A stretch of 64,000 bases of DNA, from assembly GCA_965248575.1 (NCBI GenBank), contig CBDFJQ010000002.1, positions 1,728,001-1,792,000 on the forward strand. The letters are read 5' to 3'. Numbering within the stretch: the first letter of the stretch is position 1; the number at the start of each line of letters is the position of its first letter. Under the pieces are notes generated by a model that worked only from the letters and a program-made list of their open reading frames with translations, was not told the DNA's origin and ran no database searches. This DNA is from Planctomycetota bacterium (GTDB lineage: Bacteria; Planctomycetota; B15-G4). The position numbers and the translations under genes are program-made. Shown here piece by piece: positions 47,119 through 57,051 of the stretch.

Positions 47119-47874
47119 TCAGACCTCGGCGATGAGCTTCGGCGCGAAGTCGATGAAGTCGCAGGCCGTGAGGTGGTAGTGGATGCCCCGGGCCTCCCCA
47201 CCCACTTCGCCGCGCCGGGCCGGGTCCAGGGAGTGCAGATGGCCGAAGACCACGTGCTCCACGCCGGCCTTCTCGAACAGGGCCGTGAGCTCGTTGGGCT
47301 CGCAGCCCGGCCCCACGGGGGGATAGTGGGTCACGGCGATGCGCAGGGGCGCCGTGCGATCCAGCTGCGCCAGCGAACGCTCCAGGCGCCCCACCTGCCG
47401 GCGGTAGATCTTGAGCGCCGCCGCCTCCTCATCCGGGCCCAGCTCGGCGGAGATGGGCTCCCCCTGCCACAGGATCAGGTCGTGGTAGCTGATGCCCGGC
47501 GCATCCCAGAGCCGGGCGCCCCCCAGCGCCACATCGCCGACCCGCACGGCATCTCCATGCACAGCGACGATCCCGGGCGGCAGCGCCGCGCGCACCTTGG
47601 CGGCGGACGCCCACCAGTAGTCGTGGTTGCCCTCCAGCAGCAGCTTCGTGCCGGGCCGCGCCGCCAACCACTCCAGGTCGGGCTTGGCCTGCTCCAGGTT
47701 CCGGGCCCAGGAGATGTCGCCGGGCACCAGCACCAGGTCGTCCGCGGCCACCGTCGCATCCCAGGCCGTGGCCATGGTGGTTGGATGGTCGACCCACTGG
47801 GGGCCGAAGCGGTCCATGGTCTTGCCGGGCGTGCCGAAGGACAGATGGGGATCAGAGAGGGCGTAGACGCGCAT
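47119..47874 (-). CDS. calcineurin-like metallophosphoesterase
   Basis: SDPH, PGDISW, GNHD, THYPP and FGHLH motifs. Confidence 0.92.
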   Translation of the reverse strand: MRVYALSDPHLSFGTPGKTMDRFGPQWVDHPTTMATAWDATVAADDLVLVPGDISWARNLEQAKPDLEWLAARPGTKLLLEGNHDYWWASAAKVRAALPPGIVAVHGDAVRVGDVALGGARLWDAPGISYHDLILWQGEPISAELGPDEEAAALKIYRRQVGRLERSLAQLDRTAPLRIAVTHYPPVGPGCEPNELTALFEKAGVEHVVFGHLHSLDPARRGEVGGEARGIHYHLTACDFIDFAPKLIAEV

Positions 47875-47976
47875 GATGGCGCGACCCTATCCGCTGAAGG
47901 CTGCCATCACCACGGCCGGCCGCCGACATGAGGGGACCCGGACGGACCCAGCGACGCCATTGCTAGAGTGCCTGCC

Positions 47977-50364
47977 ATGAGAACCTCCCCTGCGTGCGCC
48001 TCCTCCCGACTGCGAGGCCTAGCTCTTGCTTCTGTCTTCAGTACCGGCCTGAAAACCGGCCTGAGCACTCTCCTGAAGGGCGCTCTGTGCGTGGGAATGA
48101 TTCTTGGGAGCGTTTGCCTGACGGCCTGCGCCCAGAACGCCGAGCCCGGCGCCGAAGGGCAAGACGGCCACGACCACGTCGACCCCGAGAGCGGCGAGAT
48201 CGGTGAGCGCACCGGCGGTTGGCGCCTCGCCTCCGAGGCCAGCCCCTACCTGCGCCAGCACGCGGACAACACCGTGGACTGGTACGCCTGGGGGCCCGAG
48301 GCCTTCGAGCGGGCCGTGGCCGAGAACAATCCCATCTTCCTCTCCATCGGCTACAGCGCCTGCCACTGGTGCCACGTCATGGAGCACGAGTCCTTCGAAG
48401 ACGAGGCGACAGGCGCCTACCTGCGCAAGCACTTCATCAGCATCAAGGTCGACCGGGAGCAACGCCCCGACGTGGACTCCCGCTACATGACCGCCGTGCA
48501 GCAGATGACCGGCAGCGGCGGCTGGCCCCTGACGGCCTTCCTCACCCCCGAGGGAGCGCCCTTCTACGGCGGCACATACTTTCCATCCAAACCCATGCGC
48601 CAGATGCCCACCTTCCTGGACGTGCTCGAGTGGGTGAACAGCATCTGGACCGACGACCAGCAGAACGTGCGCGAACTGGCCCAGAAGAACCACCGCGGCC
48701 TGCAGCGGGACATCTTCCCCCAGCCGAAGGAGTGGGACGCGCGCGGACTGCTAACGGACGCCAGCGCCGCCATGATCGACGGCCTCGACCCCATCTACGG
48801 CGGCATGCGCAGCACGCGCCCGCAGCGTTTCCCGCCCAGCATGCTGCTGCGTTTCCTGTTCAGGCAGCAGTTGCGCGGCGGCGAGCTGAACCTCAGCCGC
48901 GCCTACCTGACCCTCGACATGATGGCGTCGGGCGGCATGCGCGACCACGTGGGCGGCGGCTTCCATCGCTACAGCGTCGACCCGCAGTGGAAGGTGCCGC
49001 ACTTCGAGAAGATGCTCTACGACAACGGCGTGCTCGCGGCCACCTATGCCGAGGCCTACGCCCTCTCGGGCCGGGAGTTCTACGGCGACGTGGCGCGTGA
49101 CACCTTGCAGTGGCTCATGCGCGACATGCGCAGCCCGGAGGGGCTCTATTACTCCGCCCGGGATGCTGACAGCCTGCCCTTCGGCCAGGATGGGCAGGCC
49201 CTGCCCGGCGTGCACCCCGAAGAAGGCGACGTCTACACCTGGACGCTGCCCGAACTGAAGGCCGCCCTGGGTGACACCGACGGGCTGCTCTTCGCGAAGG
49301 TCTTCGACATCCGCAAGAGCGATCGCGGCAACTTCGAACGCGGCCGCAGCATCCCCATGCCGCTCAAGGCCTTGGACAAGCTGGCACAGGCCCCGGGCGA
49401 TGCCCTGCCCCAGGGGGCGGCCTTCTTAACCTGGGTGCGCTCCGCCTACGACCGGCTGCTGGTGGTGCGTGACCGTCGCCCCCAGGCCTTCCGGGATGAG
49501 AAGAGCCTCTCGGCCTGGAACGGCCTGGCGCTCACGGGTTTCGCGGTGAGCGCGCGCCTGCTGGACGAGGACACCCTGCGCGCCGAGTCCGACTCCCTGG
49601 CACGCGCCTTGCGCGACACCCTGTTGCGCGAGGACGAGGCGGGCGAGCTCTGGGTGGACCACCAGTGGTTCGAGGGCCAGGCCTCCGGGGACGGCGTGCT
49701 CACGGACTACGCCTACTGCGCACGGGGTTTTCTCGACGCCTACCACGCCAGCGGCAACACCGACTGGCTGGTGGTTTCCTACCGCCTGGCGCAGCGCATG
49801 CTCGACCTGTTCGAGGACGAGCACCAGGGCGGTCTGTTCGAGACGCTCGGCAATGATCCGTTGTTGCCAGGCCGCACCCGCGAGCTCACCGACGGTGCGC
49901 GGGCGTCAGGACACAGCGTGGCCCTGCACCATCTGCTGCGCATGGCGCCGCTGGATGACTCGGGGCGCTTCGCCGCCGCCGTCGAACGGGCCATCAACAG
50001 CGTCGGGCCGCTCGCCGGCCGCAGCCCGCAGAGCTTCACCAGCGCGCTCACGGCCGTGGATGCCTGGCTGGGTCCACTGACCGAAGTGGTCGTGCACGTT
50101 GCGAACGACTCCACCGCTGGCGCTGCGCTGCAGCAAACGGCCCGCCACAGCTTCCTTCCCGCTGAGCTCTTCGTCCCCGATGCACATCGAGCGAGCGAAG
50201 CCTTGCTGGCGGACGTGCTCGACGAAGAACCCTTGTTGCTGGCAGGCCGACGCGCTGAAAGCGGCGAGGCGAAAGCCTGGGTCTGCAAATCCGGCGTCTG
50301 CCTGCTGCCGGTCAGCTCGGCAGAAGAGCTTGAACAACAGCTGCTCTCCGTGAGCCGACGCTAG
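47977..50364 (+). CDS. YyaL/SPATA20-like thioredoxin-domain protein (DUF255)
   Basis: [44 protein letters not shown] and AWVC...C.LP. N-terminal TAC lipobox-like segment. Confidence 0.93.
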   Translation: MRTSPACASSRLRGLALASVFSTGLKTGLSTLLKGALCVGMILGSVCLTACAQNAEPGAEGQDGHDHVDPESGEIGERTGGWRLASEASPYLRQHADNTVDWYAWGPEAFERAVAENNPIFLSIGYSACHWCHVMEHESFEDEATGAYLRKHFISIKVDREQRPDVDSRYMTAVQQMTGSGGWPLTAFLTPEGAPFYGGTYFPSKPMRQMPTFLDVLEWVNSIWTDDQQNVRELAQKNHRGLQRDIFPQPKEWDARGLLTDASAAMIDGLDPIYGGMRSTRPQRFPPSMLLRFLFRQQLRGGELNLSRAYLTLDMMASGGMRDHVGGGFHRYSVDPQWKVPHFEKMLYDNGVLAATYAEAYALSGREFYGDVARDTLQWLMRDMRSPEGLYYSARDADSLPFGQDGQALPGVHPEEGDVYTWTLPELKAALGDTDGLLFAKVFDIRKSDRGNFERGRSIPMPLKALDKLAQAPGDALPQGAAFLTWVRSAYDRLLVVRDRRPQAFRDEKSLSAWNGLALTGFAVSARLLDEDTLRAESDSLARALRDTLLREDEAGELWVDHQWFEGQASGDGVLTDYAYCARGFLDAYHASGNTDWLVVSYRLAQRMLDLFEDEHQGGLFETLGNDPLLPGRTRELTDGARASGHSVALHHLLRMAPLDDSGRFAAAVERAINSVGPLAGRSPQSFTSALTAVDAWLGPLTEVVVHVANDSTAGAALQQTARHSFLPAELFVPDAHRASEALLADVLDEEPLLLAGRRAESGEAKAWVCKSGVCLLPVSSAEELEQQLLSVSRR

Positions 50365-50385
50365 CAGGCAGCCCCGCAGCCCGCC

Positions 50386-50907
50386 CTAGTTGGGGATCAG
50401 CACACCGTCCAGGTACAGCGGGCCGATGTAGTTGCGCACCACCACGCGCTCGTTCTCGAAGAACACCACGCCGCCCGTGAGACCCACCACGCCGGACTGG
50501 GAGCGGTTGTTGGCCTTCTTGCCGTTGCGACCACCGCCGAAATCACTGTTGTTGTTGCCCTTGGCCCAGTCCATGAGGCACTCGCCGGACAGCCGCAACT
50601 CGGCAGCTCCGCCGAAGTCGTTGTAGAGCGAGGGGTAGATGTCGACGCCGACGTTCGTGGTCTTGGACGCGTTGGCCTGAGTGTTGGCCGCCAGCATGTC
50701 TTTCACCACGAAGGTGCAGCCCGGCGGCACGACGTAGAGCTCCTTCGCCAGGGTGTCCACGTCCACCTGGATCGAGACCTGGTTGGCGTTCGCCACGCTC
50801 AGCGCGGGCGCTGGCAAGGTCGTGCGGGCGCCGAGGTCAAAGGCCAGGACGAGCCCCAGCACGACGGCCACCAGGGGCCAGGGGTTGGAACGAATGCGTG
50901 CCGTCAT
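50386..50907 (-). CDS. exported hypothetical protein
   Basis: GAGGAG RBS before ATG 50907, an N-terminal hydrophobic segment and strong GC3 codon bias. Confidence 0.7.
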   Translation of the reverse strand: MTARIRSNPWPLVAVVLGLVLAFDLGARTTLPAPALSVANANQVSIQVDVDTLAKELYVVPPGCTFVVKDMLAANTQANASKTTNVGVDIYPSLYNDFGGAAELRLSGECLMDWAKGNNNSDFGGGRNGKKANNRSQSGVVGLTGGVVFFENERVVVRNYIGPLYLDGVLIPN

Positions 50908-51207
50908 GGCAGGTCTCCTCTTCTCTCGGTGCGGCTGTGAAAGGCCACTGGGCGCTCGCCTTGGAGGCTCCAGGACCAAGGCAGTTTACCCCCGGATGCG
51001 ACGCGATTCAGGCCCGCCCTGCCAGCGCCCCGCTGCTGGCCCCCCGCAGCCCCCCCTGGTCGCTGCCCACGATCTGGACGCCAGCGCTGACTCTGTCCAG
51101 GATCGAGACGTACTCAGGGCTGTGTCCTGCCGTCTTGGGCCCTCAGAGCATCCTACGGCGCTTTCAAGGCCCAACGGCGCCCGTCGATTGGCACGGCCGT
51201 TGCTCTA

Positions 51208-51722
51208 TGACTGAGGGGCGCTGTGTGAAAGTCATGGGCCTCCTGGCTGACGGCAAACTGCACACCTCCCGCATCAAGCTGTACGCAGCCCAGCAGAGCC
51301 GCACGCCGGAGCTCCGTGGCCTCCTGACCCGGGTCGAGCCCGAGCCCGACGGGCGCGTGTGGATTGGAGGCGTCCCGTTCCGCACGAGCCCCTCCACCAG
51401 CTTCAAGGGCGACGCGCTGCGCCCCGTGATGAGCCGCGCGGAGGTCCGTTCCATCCTGAGAGACGGAGCCTTGGCTGCATCCCGCCAGGGCATCCAGGTG
51501 AAATGGGAGCTGTTCGACCTGGAGCAGGATCCCTCCGAAACCTCCCCCATGGAATCGGTCCACGAGTTGGACCGGGCTTCAGCTGAACTTCGGGAGCTCT
51601 CCCGGCGGCTCGATCTCGCCGCCCAGGCGGCGGAGAGGGATGCTCACTGGGCAGAGCGTGGGTCCGGGCTCCTGGACAAGGACCTCCTGGATCAGCTCCG
51701 CGCTCTCGGCTACGTGCGCTAA
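51208..51722 (+). pseudogene. 3' remnant of a sulfatase-like gene
   Basis: Ends WELFDLEQDPSE...LLDQLRALGYVR, like the two sulfatase-like proteins in this window. No catalytic N-terminal domain is found upstream. Confidence 0.55.
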
Positions 51723-51969
51723 GGCCCCCGAGCACACAGCGCCCCCAACCCTGCGAGCGCAGCTTCGGAAGAAAAGTCCGATTTTCTCCGTCGCAACCGG
51801 GCTGTTTCGACGCAAGTCCATGATGAAGGCCTCGGTCTTCGCGAGGACCCGCCTGAGGAGAGGCCCCCTGGTCCAAAACCCTGGGGAAAAGCGGGGACCG
51901 AACGATCCCGGCCTGCCGAGTCACTCGGCGGGCTGGGGCGTTCACTTGCAGCGAAGCAGGAGAAGAGAG

Positions 51970-51995
51970 GCCGTCCCCCTGAGGGGGGGGACGGC
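51970..51995. terminator. probable intrinsic terminator between convergent genes
   Basis: GCCGTCCCCC/GGGGGACGGC 10-bp stem about 40 nt past the USP stop, with pyrimidine-rich tails on both strands. Confidence 0.55.
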
Positions 51996-52034
51996 ACCCT
52001 TTTGCACTCCTGAGCCCCCCGCTCCAGGCCGGCT

Positions 52035-52490
52035 CTAGGTCGAGGCCTGCCCCACCTTCACGGTGAGGACGGGGCAGGGGCAGAGGCGCACGACGCGCTC
52101 GGCTGTGCTGCCCAACAGGATGTGGCTGAGCCCGGTCGCGCCGTGCGTGCCCATGACGAGCAGGTCGACACCGTGCTCCTTGACCATCTCGACCAGCCGT
52201 CGAGAGGGCGTGCCCACGTCGACCAATGTCTGGCAAGGGACACCGCGCTCGCTGACCTCCTGGGCTGTGGCCTTCAAGTTGGCCCTCACGGCCTGCTCGG
52301 CTTCCTGATCCAAGGTCACGGCGCCCATCGGGGCCGCCCCGAACGCCACGGGGTACATGGCTGGCACCACAACATGGGCCAGCAGCAACTCCGCCCCCAG
52401 CGCCTTCGCAAGCTGCTCGGCATGCCGCATCGCCTCACGGCTCGGCTCGGAAAAATCCACGGGGCACAGGACCTTCTGGATGTCAGTCAT
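52035..52490 (-). CDS. universal stress protein (UspA domain)
   Basis: KVLCPVDFSE and DLLVMGTHGATGL...LGSTAERVVR..PCPVLTV motifs. Confidence 0.95.
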   Translation of the reverse strand: MTDIQKVLCPVDFSEPSREAMRHAEQLAKALGAELLLAHVVVPAMYPVAFGAAPMGAVTLDQEAEQAVRANLKATAQEVSERGVPCQTLVDVGTPSRRLVEMVKEHGVDLLVMGTHGATGLSHILLGSTAERVVRLCPCPVLTVKVGQAST

Positions 52491-52494
52491 CGTT

Positions 52495-52941
52495 CTATCC
52501 CTCTCCCTCGTCAGCAGGGCCATCTGCGTGTTCAGGATGCTCGAAGGCCTGACCGGCTTGGCGCACCGTCATGACGGGGCAGCTAGCCAGTTGCACGACG
52601 CGCTCCGCCACCGAACCCATGACCACGTGCTTCAGGCCCGTGCGGCCGTGCGTACCCAAGCTGATCAGGTCATACCCACCTTCACGAGCGGTATGGATGA
52701 TCCCCAGCTCTGGTCGCAGTCCACGCACGATGCTGCGCTCCGTCACGACATCGTCCACGCCGCTGGGTACCGCCGAGAGCAACAGGTCAGCGGCCACCGC
52801 GGGGTCGGCGTCGTGCAGCGCCAACACGTGGATCAGATGGATCTCTGCCTTGAGCTGCCTGGCCATGCTCGCGGTTTCTGCCAAGGCGTGGCGTGCTGAC
52901 TCGGAGAAGTCTGACGCAAAGAGAATGCGCTGATAGGTCAT
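52495..52941 (-). CDS. universal stress protein (UspA domain)
   Basis: RILFASDFSE and DLISLGTHGRTGL...MGSVAERVV...CPVMTV motifs. Confidence 0.93.
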   Translation of the reverse strand: MTYQRILFASDFSESARHALAETASMARQLKAEIHLIHVLALHDADPAVAADLLLSAVPSGVDDVVTERSIVRGLRPELGIIHTAREGGYDLISLGTHGRTGLKHVVMGSVAERVVQLASCPVMTVRQAGQAFEHPEHADGPADEGEG

Positions 52942-54935
52942 GGCTGGTCTCCTCGTGATACCGGGCCATCGGCCCCTTGGCGTGCCAGAATGGTCAGGAC
53001 GTCGGTCACCGCAGGCCCCGCCGGTGACTCGCTCTGGTAGTTCAACAGCAAGGACGGATGCACGTCATCTGGCGTCTCGAAGCTCTTGGCCAGCGACTGA
53101 TAGACCGTCCAGTCTGCGTCCGAGGTTTCCTGGGCATCCTGGGTACGGGAGTGCATTCGCTCGTGCACCAGCTCCGCGGGGCAGTGTACGTGCACCAGGG
53201 CCACGGGGATGCCCATGCGTCGCGCCACATCCAAGAAGCGGCGGCGCTGCGCCGCGCGCGAAAACATGGCATCGACCACCACTGAACGCCCCTGCTGCAG
53301 CCACTGGAAGACGTTTCGATTCAGCTGCTCGTACAGGGCCTCGGAGGCCGCCTCCGAATAGAGCTGCTGGGATTCTTTCGAGCTGGGCCGATGGGTGGGC
53401 GACATGCCGGCGCGCATCTTGCGCACGACATCGCTGCGCACAATTCGCGCCTCGAAGGGCTTGGCCACACGCCTGGCAAACCAGCTCTTGCCCGTGGCCG
53501 GTAACCCGCTCATGAGCACCAGGACGGGCGGGAGCTGGTACGAGACGGCCAGCTGGGCCGCATGCCGTGCCTGCTCCAGGTCACTCTCTGCCGCCCTGTC
53601 CCCGGGTGCCTTCTGGCGCGCCGCCAGGCAACCCACCTTGGCCCGCACGAGGGCACGATGGGTCTTGTAGAAGGTCATCAGGTAGGACAGCTCCCGATCC
53701 CTCGTGAGCTCCTGGTATTGCTGGACCAAGCCCCGGGAAAAGGCGCGGTATCCCTTGCTGTCCAGGTCCATCGCCAGGAAGGCGAGGTCGGCGGCCACAT
53801 CACTGCAGCGCAAGGTCTTGCTGAACTCGAGGCAGTCGTAGGCTACGAAGCCTGCCGGCAAGCGGCAGAGGTTGCCGGTGTGCAGGTCCCCATGGCCCTC
53901 GCGAATGCACCCCGCGCGGACCCGGCGTTCGAGCAGGTCGCGGTGCGCTTCGAGGAACTCCTGGAGCCGCGCGCGAAGATGGCGGTGCAGGGACTGCGGC
54001 AGGAGCTCCAGCTGCTCCAACTCCTGCAGATTGCCGAGCACCAGTTGGCTCACGGCTGCCGGCGACCCGAACTCGTCGACCCCGGGGCCGGTGGACGCAC
54101 CCTGGTGGAAGAGCGCCAGCAGCTCCACCAGTTCGTGCAAGAGTTCATTGTCCATGACGCCGTGCTCCAGCAGGACGTCGAGCATGCCCGCTGCGGGGAG
54201 CCGTTCCATCTCGACCACGGCTTCCACCACATCTCCGTCGCCATCCAACCAGAGCGAGCCGTCGGACTCCCGTGTGACCGGCACGACGCGCCGATACACG
54301 CCCGGTGCAAGCCGGGCGTTGAGCCGGACCTCCTCAGCACAGACCGCACGCCGGATCGCCAACGTGCGGTGATCGAGGAAACCCAGGTCGACGGCCTTCT
54401 TCAGCTTGTAGACCAAGGACCCGGCGAAGAAGAGCACCGAGACATGGGTCTCCAACATGTCGACCCGCTCGGGCTCCTGCTGATGAAAGCTGGGTTCGGT
54501 GAACGCACGGATGAGCTCCGGCAGGTCCTGATCGGAGCCTTCGCCAGCCCGGTCGCCCTCGAAAGTGCGTAGGCGTCCTGCTCCGGTCGCGCTAGCCGCC
54601 ACGAGACCCGGGACCCGCCCGGCGCCGCCTCCGGCTGCAGGCCCACCGGGACCCTCTGGAACTATGGGCTGGCCGCTCATGTCGCGCTCTGCGTTGCTGG
54701 AATGTGGGTCGCCATCGCGATCACCGCCGGATAGACGGCCCGGACGCCCCCATCCCGCAGCGGGGGGGCGCCCGGACTCAAGGTCTTCTACATCGTGGTC
54801 GCCTCGATCGCCGGAGCGAGGCACCGAGGAATCGACCACGGTGTTCGAGTCTAGGGGCTCGGCTCCAGCCTGGCCGCCGGGTGCTGTCCGTAGCAGCTCG
54901 AGGAACAGTGCGTAGTGCGGAGGCGGCGCGTTCAC
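52938..54935 (-). CDS. aminoglycoside-phosphotransferase-like + AAA_33 kinase fusion (Rv2004c-like)
   Basis: ETHVS, YKLKK.VDLGFLD, EGHGDLH, DCLEF, DVAADLAFLAMDL, GLPATGKS and SDAD motifs. The N-terminal ~130 aa is low complexity, so the true start is uncertain. Confidence 0.88.
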   Translation of the reverse strand: MNAPPPHYALFLELLRTAPGGQAGAEPLDSNTVVDSSVPRSGDRGDHDVEDLESGRPPAAGWGRPGRLSGGDRDGDPHSSNAERDMSGQPIVPEGPGGPAAGGGAGRVPGLVAASATGAGRLRTFEGDRAGEGSDQDLPELIRAFTEPSFHQQEPERVDMLETHVSVLFFAGSLVYKLKKAVDLGFLDHRTLAIRRAVCAEEVRLNARLAPGVYRRVVPVTRESDGSLWLDGDGDVVEAVVEMERLPAAGMLDVLLEHGVMDNELLHELVELLALFHQGASTGPGVDEFGSPAAVSQLVLGNLQELEQLELLPQSLHRHLRARLQEFLEAHRDLLERRVRAGCIREGHGDLHTGNLCRLPAGFVAYDCLEFSKTLRCSDVAADLAFLAMDLDSKGYRAFSRGLVQQYQELTRDRELSYLMTFYKTHRALVRAKVGCLAARQKAPGDRAAESDLEQARHAAQLAVSYQLPPVLVLMSGLPATGKSWFARRVAKPFEARIVRSDVVRKMRAGMSPTHRPSSKESQQLYSEAASEALYEQLNRNVFQWLQQGRSVVVDAMFSRAAQRRRFLDVARRMGIPVALVHVHCPAELVHERMHSRTQDAQETSDADWTVYQSLAKSFETPDDVHPSLLLNYQSESPAGPAVTDVLTILARQGADGPVSRGDQP

Positions 54936-55600
54936 TCCTCCAACAGACCTTCCCGGATGGCCAAGCGCGCCAGTTCAGCTGCCGAATGGCAGTCCAGCTT
55001 GCGCTGCAGGTTCTCGCGATGCTTCTTGGCGGTGCCGACGCTGAGGTCCAACTTGCGGGCCACCTCCTTGTTGCTGAGCCCGATGGCCAGCAATTGGAAC
55101 ACCTCCCGCTCCCGGGGGGTCAGGGCCGAGAGACGATTGGCGGTGCGGGTCTCCGTGGAGGTGCTCCGGGCACCGTCCACGAGCCCCCGTGCCACCTTGG
55201 GTGACAGATAGGCGCGATCCTTCATGACGGCCTTCATGGCCAGCGACAGCTCCTCCGGTTCGCTGTCCTTGGAGAGATAACCGTCGGCCCCGTGCTGCAA
55301 GGACTGCTCGACGAAGCTCTCACCCTCATGGTGGCTGAGCATGAGCACGCGCACCCGCGGGTGCACGGCGCGCACCTGATCGATGGCATCGATGCCCGAC
55401 AAGCCGGGCATGGTGATGTCCATCAGCACCAGGTCGGGCTTCTCTCGCGCGATGATCTCGATGGCTTCCCGGGCATCCCCGTGGTCCCCCACCACCGTGA
55501 AGCCGTCGAGGCTGTTGACGAGGCTGCGAATCCCCGCGCGAGTCATGGTGTGATCGTCCACGAGGTAGACGCGAGTGGACTTGGGTTGTGGGCTGTTCAT
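54932..55600 (-). CDS. NarL/LuxR-family response regulator
   Basis: LVDDH, LMDITMP, GYLSK and LTPREREV...GLSNKEVA HTH. Confidence 0.95.
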   Translation of the reverse strand: MNSPQPKSTRVYLVDDHTMTRAGIRSLVNSLDGFTVVGDHGDAREAIEIIAREKPDLVLMDITMPGLSGIDAIDQVRAVHPRVRVLMLSHHEGESFVEQSLQHGADGYLSKDSEPEELSLAMKAVMKDRAYLSPKVARGLVDGARSTSTETRTANRLSALTPREREVFQLLAIGLSNKEVARKLDLSVGTAKKHRENLQRKLDCHSAAELARLAIREGLLEE

Positions 55601-56823
55601 GATCCCTCCACAGTCGTTGTACGCCCAACAGAGGACGGCCTAGCGACGGGTAGCAAGACTCGGAAACTGGCACCGCCCAGATTCGCGGAACACTCTTCGG
55701 CATCGAGACTGCCGTCGTGGTCCTCCATGATGCGCCGGCAGATGGGCAGGCCGAGCCCCGTGCCCTCTTCTTTCGTGGTCACGAAGGGCTGGAAGAGCGT
55801 GTGCCGAACACTCGGGGAAATACCGGGCCCGTCGTCCTCCACGCGCAGCGAGATGGTGGCGGGGTCGGCAAGGCTTGCCGTGAGCAAGATTCGTCCACCT
55901 GGTTCCAGCATCTCCATGGCGTTCGCCACGAGATTGGAGAGAACCTCCTCGATGCGCCGGGAATCCGCATGGAAGATCGGCGTTCCAGGCTCCACATCGA
56001 TGTCCAACTCGACACCGGCCCGGGTCAGCATGGGCCGCAAGAACTGCCCGACGTCCTCGAACAAGGGACGGGCTTCCAAGGGCGTGTAGACCAACTCCAA
56101 GGGCCGCGCGAAGGCGAGGCTCTGGCGCATCTGCGTCTCGAGCCGTTGCATGCGACTCACGAGCTCGCCCAGGATCTCCTCCTGGTCTTCACCCAACTGG
56201 TCGGCCACGGCGCGCAGCGCCATGTTCACGGCGGTGATGGGGTTCTTGATCTCGTGCACGATCTGCGCCGTCGACTCCCCAAGCGTGGCCAACGCGCGCA
56301 GCATGGACACTTCGCGCCGCTCGCGTCGCTTTCGCTCGGTGATGTCGCGAAAGCTCCCGACGAAGAGCGGCTCAGCGTGGCCCGTGGCATCCACCCGACA
56401 CACCGAGAGCTCGATATCCACCAAGTCACCATTCTTGTGCACGACCTGGAACTCACGAGTACTGCCGAGAATGTGCGTCTCGCCAGTCTCTCGGTAGCGA
56501 CGCAGGTAGTCGTCGTGCTGCGAAAGGTGGGGCTCGGGCATGATCATCTTGATGTTGCACCCCAGCAGGTCCTCGTTCGTGTAGCCGAACACTTCTCGCA
56601 CGGAGCGGCTCACCTGCTTGACGGTGCCCAGTTGGTCAATGACGAGCACGGGGTCCAACATGCCCTCCAGCAGGGCGCGCTGGAGCAGACGACCATGCTC
56701 AGCCTCGTCCAGTGCTGATTCGGCCTGCTCGGCGCGGGCCCTGTTCTGGGAAGAGTGCTGGGTCGATTGAGCTTCCGACGAAACGTCCGCCGGGACCTCG
56801 GGAGGGTTGGGTGGCTGTGCCAT
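55597..56823 (-). CDS. cytoplasmic PAS histidine kinase, FixL-like heme-PAS
   Basis: MPEPH..QHDDYL.RY..TGE.HILG heme-PAS signature, HEIKNP, NLVANA, DDGPG, F.PFVTTK and GTGLGL. Confidence 0.92.
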   Translation of the reverse strand: MAQPPNPPEVPADVSSEAQSTQHSSQNRARAEQAESALDEAEHGRLLQRALLEGMLDPVLVIDQLGTVKQVSRSVREVFGYTNEDLLGCNIKMIMPEPHLSQHDDYLRRYRETGETHILGSTREFQVVHKNGDLVDIELSVCRVDATGHAEPLFVGSFRDITERKRRERREVSMLRALATLGESTAQIVHEIKNPITAVNMALRAVADQLGEDQEEILGELVSRMQRLETQMRQSLAFARPLELVYTPLEARPLFEDVGQFLRPMLTRAGVELDIDVEPGTPIFHADSRRIEEVLSNLVANAMEMLEPGGRILLTASLADPATISLRVEDDGPGISPSVRHTLFQPFVTTKEEGTGLGLPICRRIMEDHDGSLDAEECSANLGGASFRVLLPVARPSSVGRTTTVEGS

Positions 56824-57051
56824 GAGGACCCAAGTCTAGGCCTTCCATGGCGAAGGATCCCTACGCCCGTGTGCGTAGTGGCAAGCCCGGGTTGTTCGCA
56901 CCCCGCCCTGCTGCCGAAAGGCCGTGGTACAACGACTCCACACCGGAATGACCCTCGTCTCATTCCTTGTGCCACGAGCCCCGGAGCCGACCCTTTCGGC
57001 GTGTCTTCCCATCGACTCGAGACCCCCTCGAACCCAGGGCTCCCGCCCCAA

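Noticed and set aside
48043..48063. Short tandem duplications (ACCGGCCTGA x2 here; CTGCTTGAG x2 at about 24691; MPMPKPMPK at about 39610)
   Set aside because: Only two copies each with no spacers, so not CRISPR. They are likely local slippage.
51765..51875. GAAAAGTCC (RNase P-like) and TGATGA (hammerhead-like) words
   Set aside because: Neither matches the full conserved cores (GAGGAAAGUCC plus the 3' P4 strand; CUGANGA...GAAA with flanking stems).
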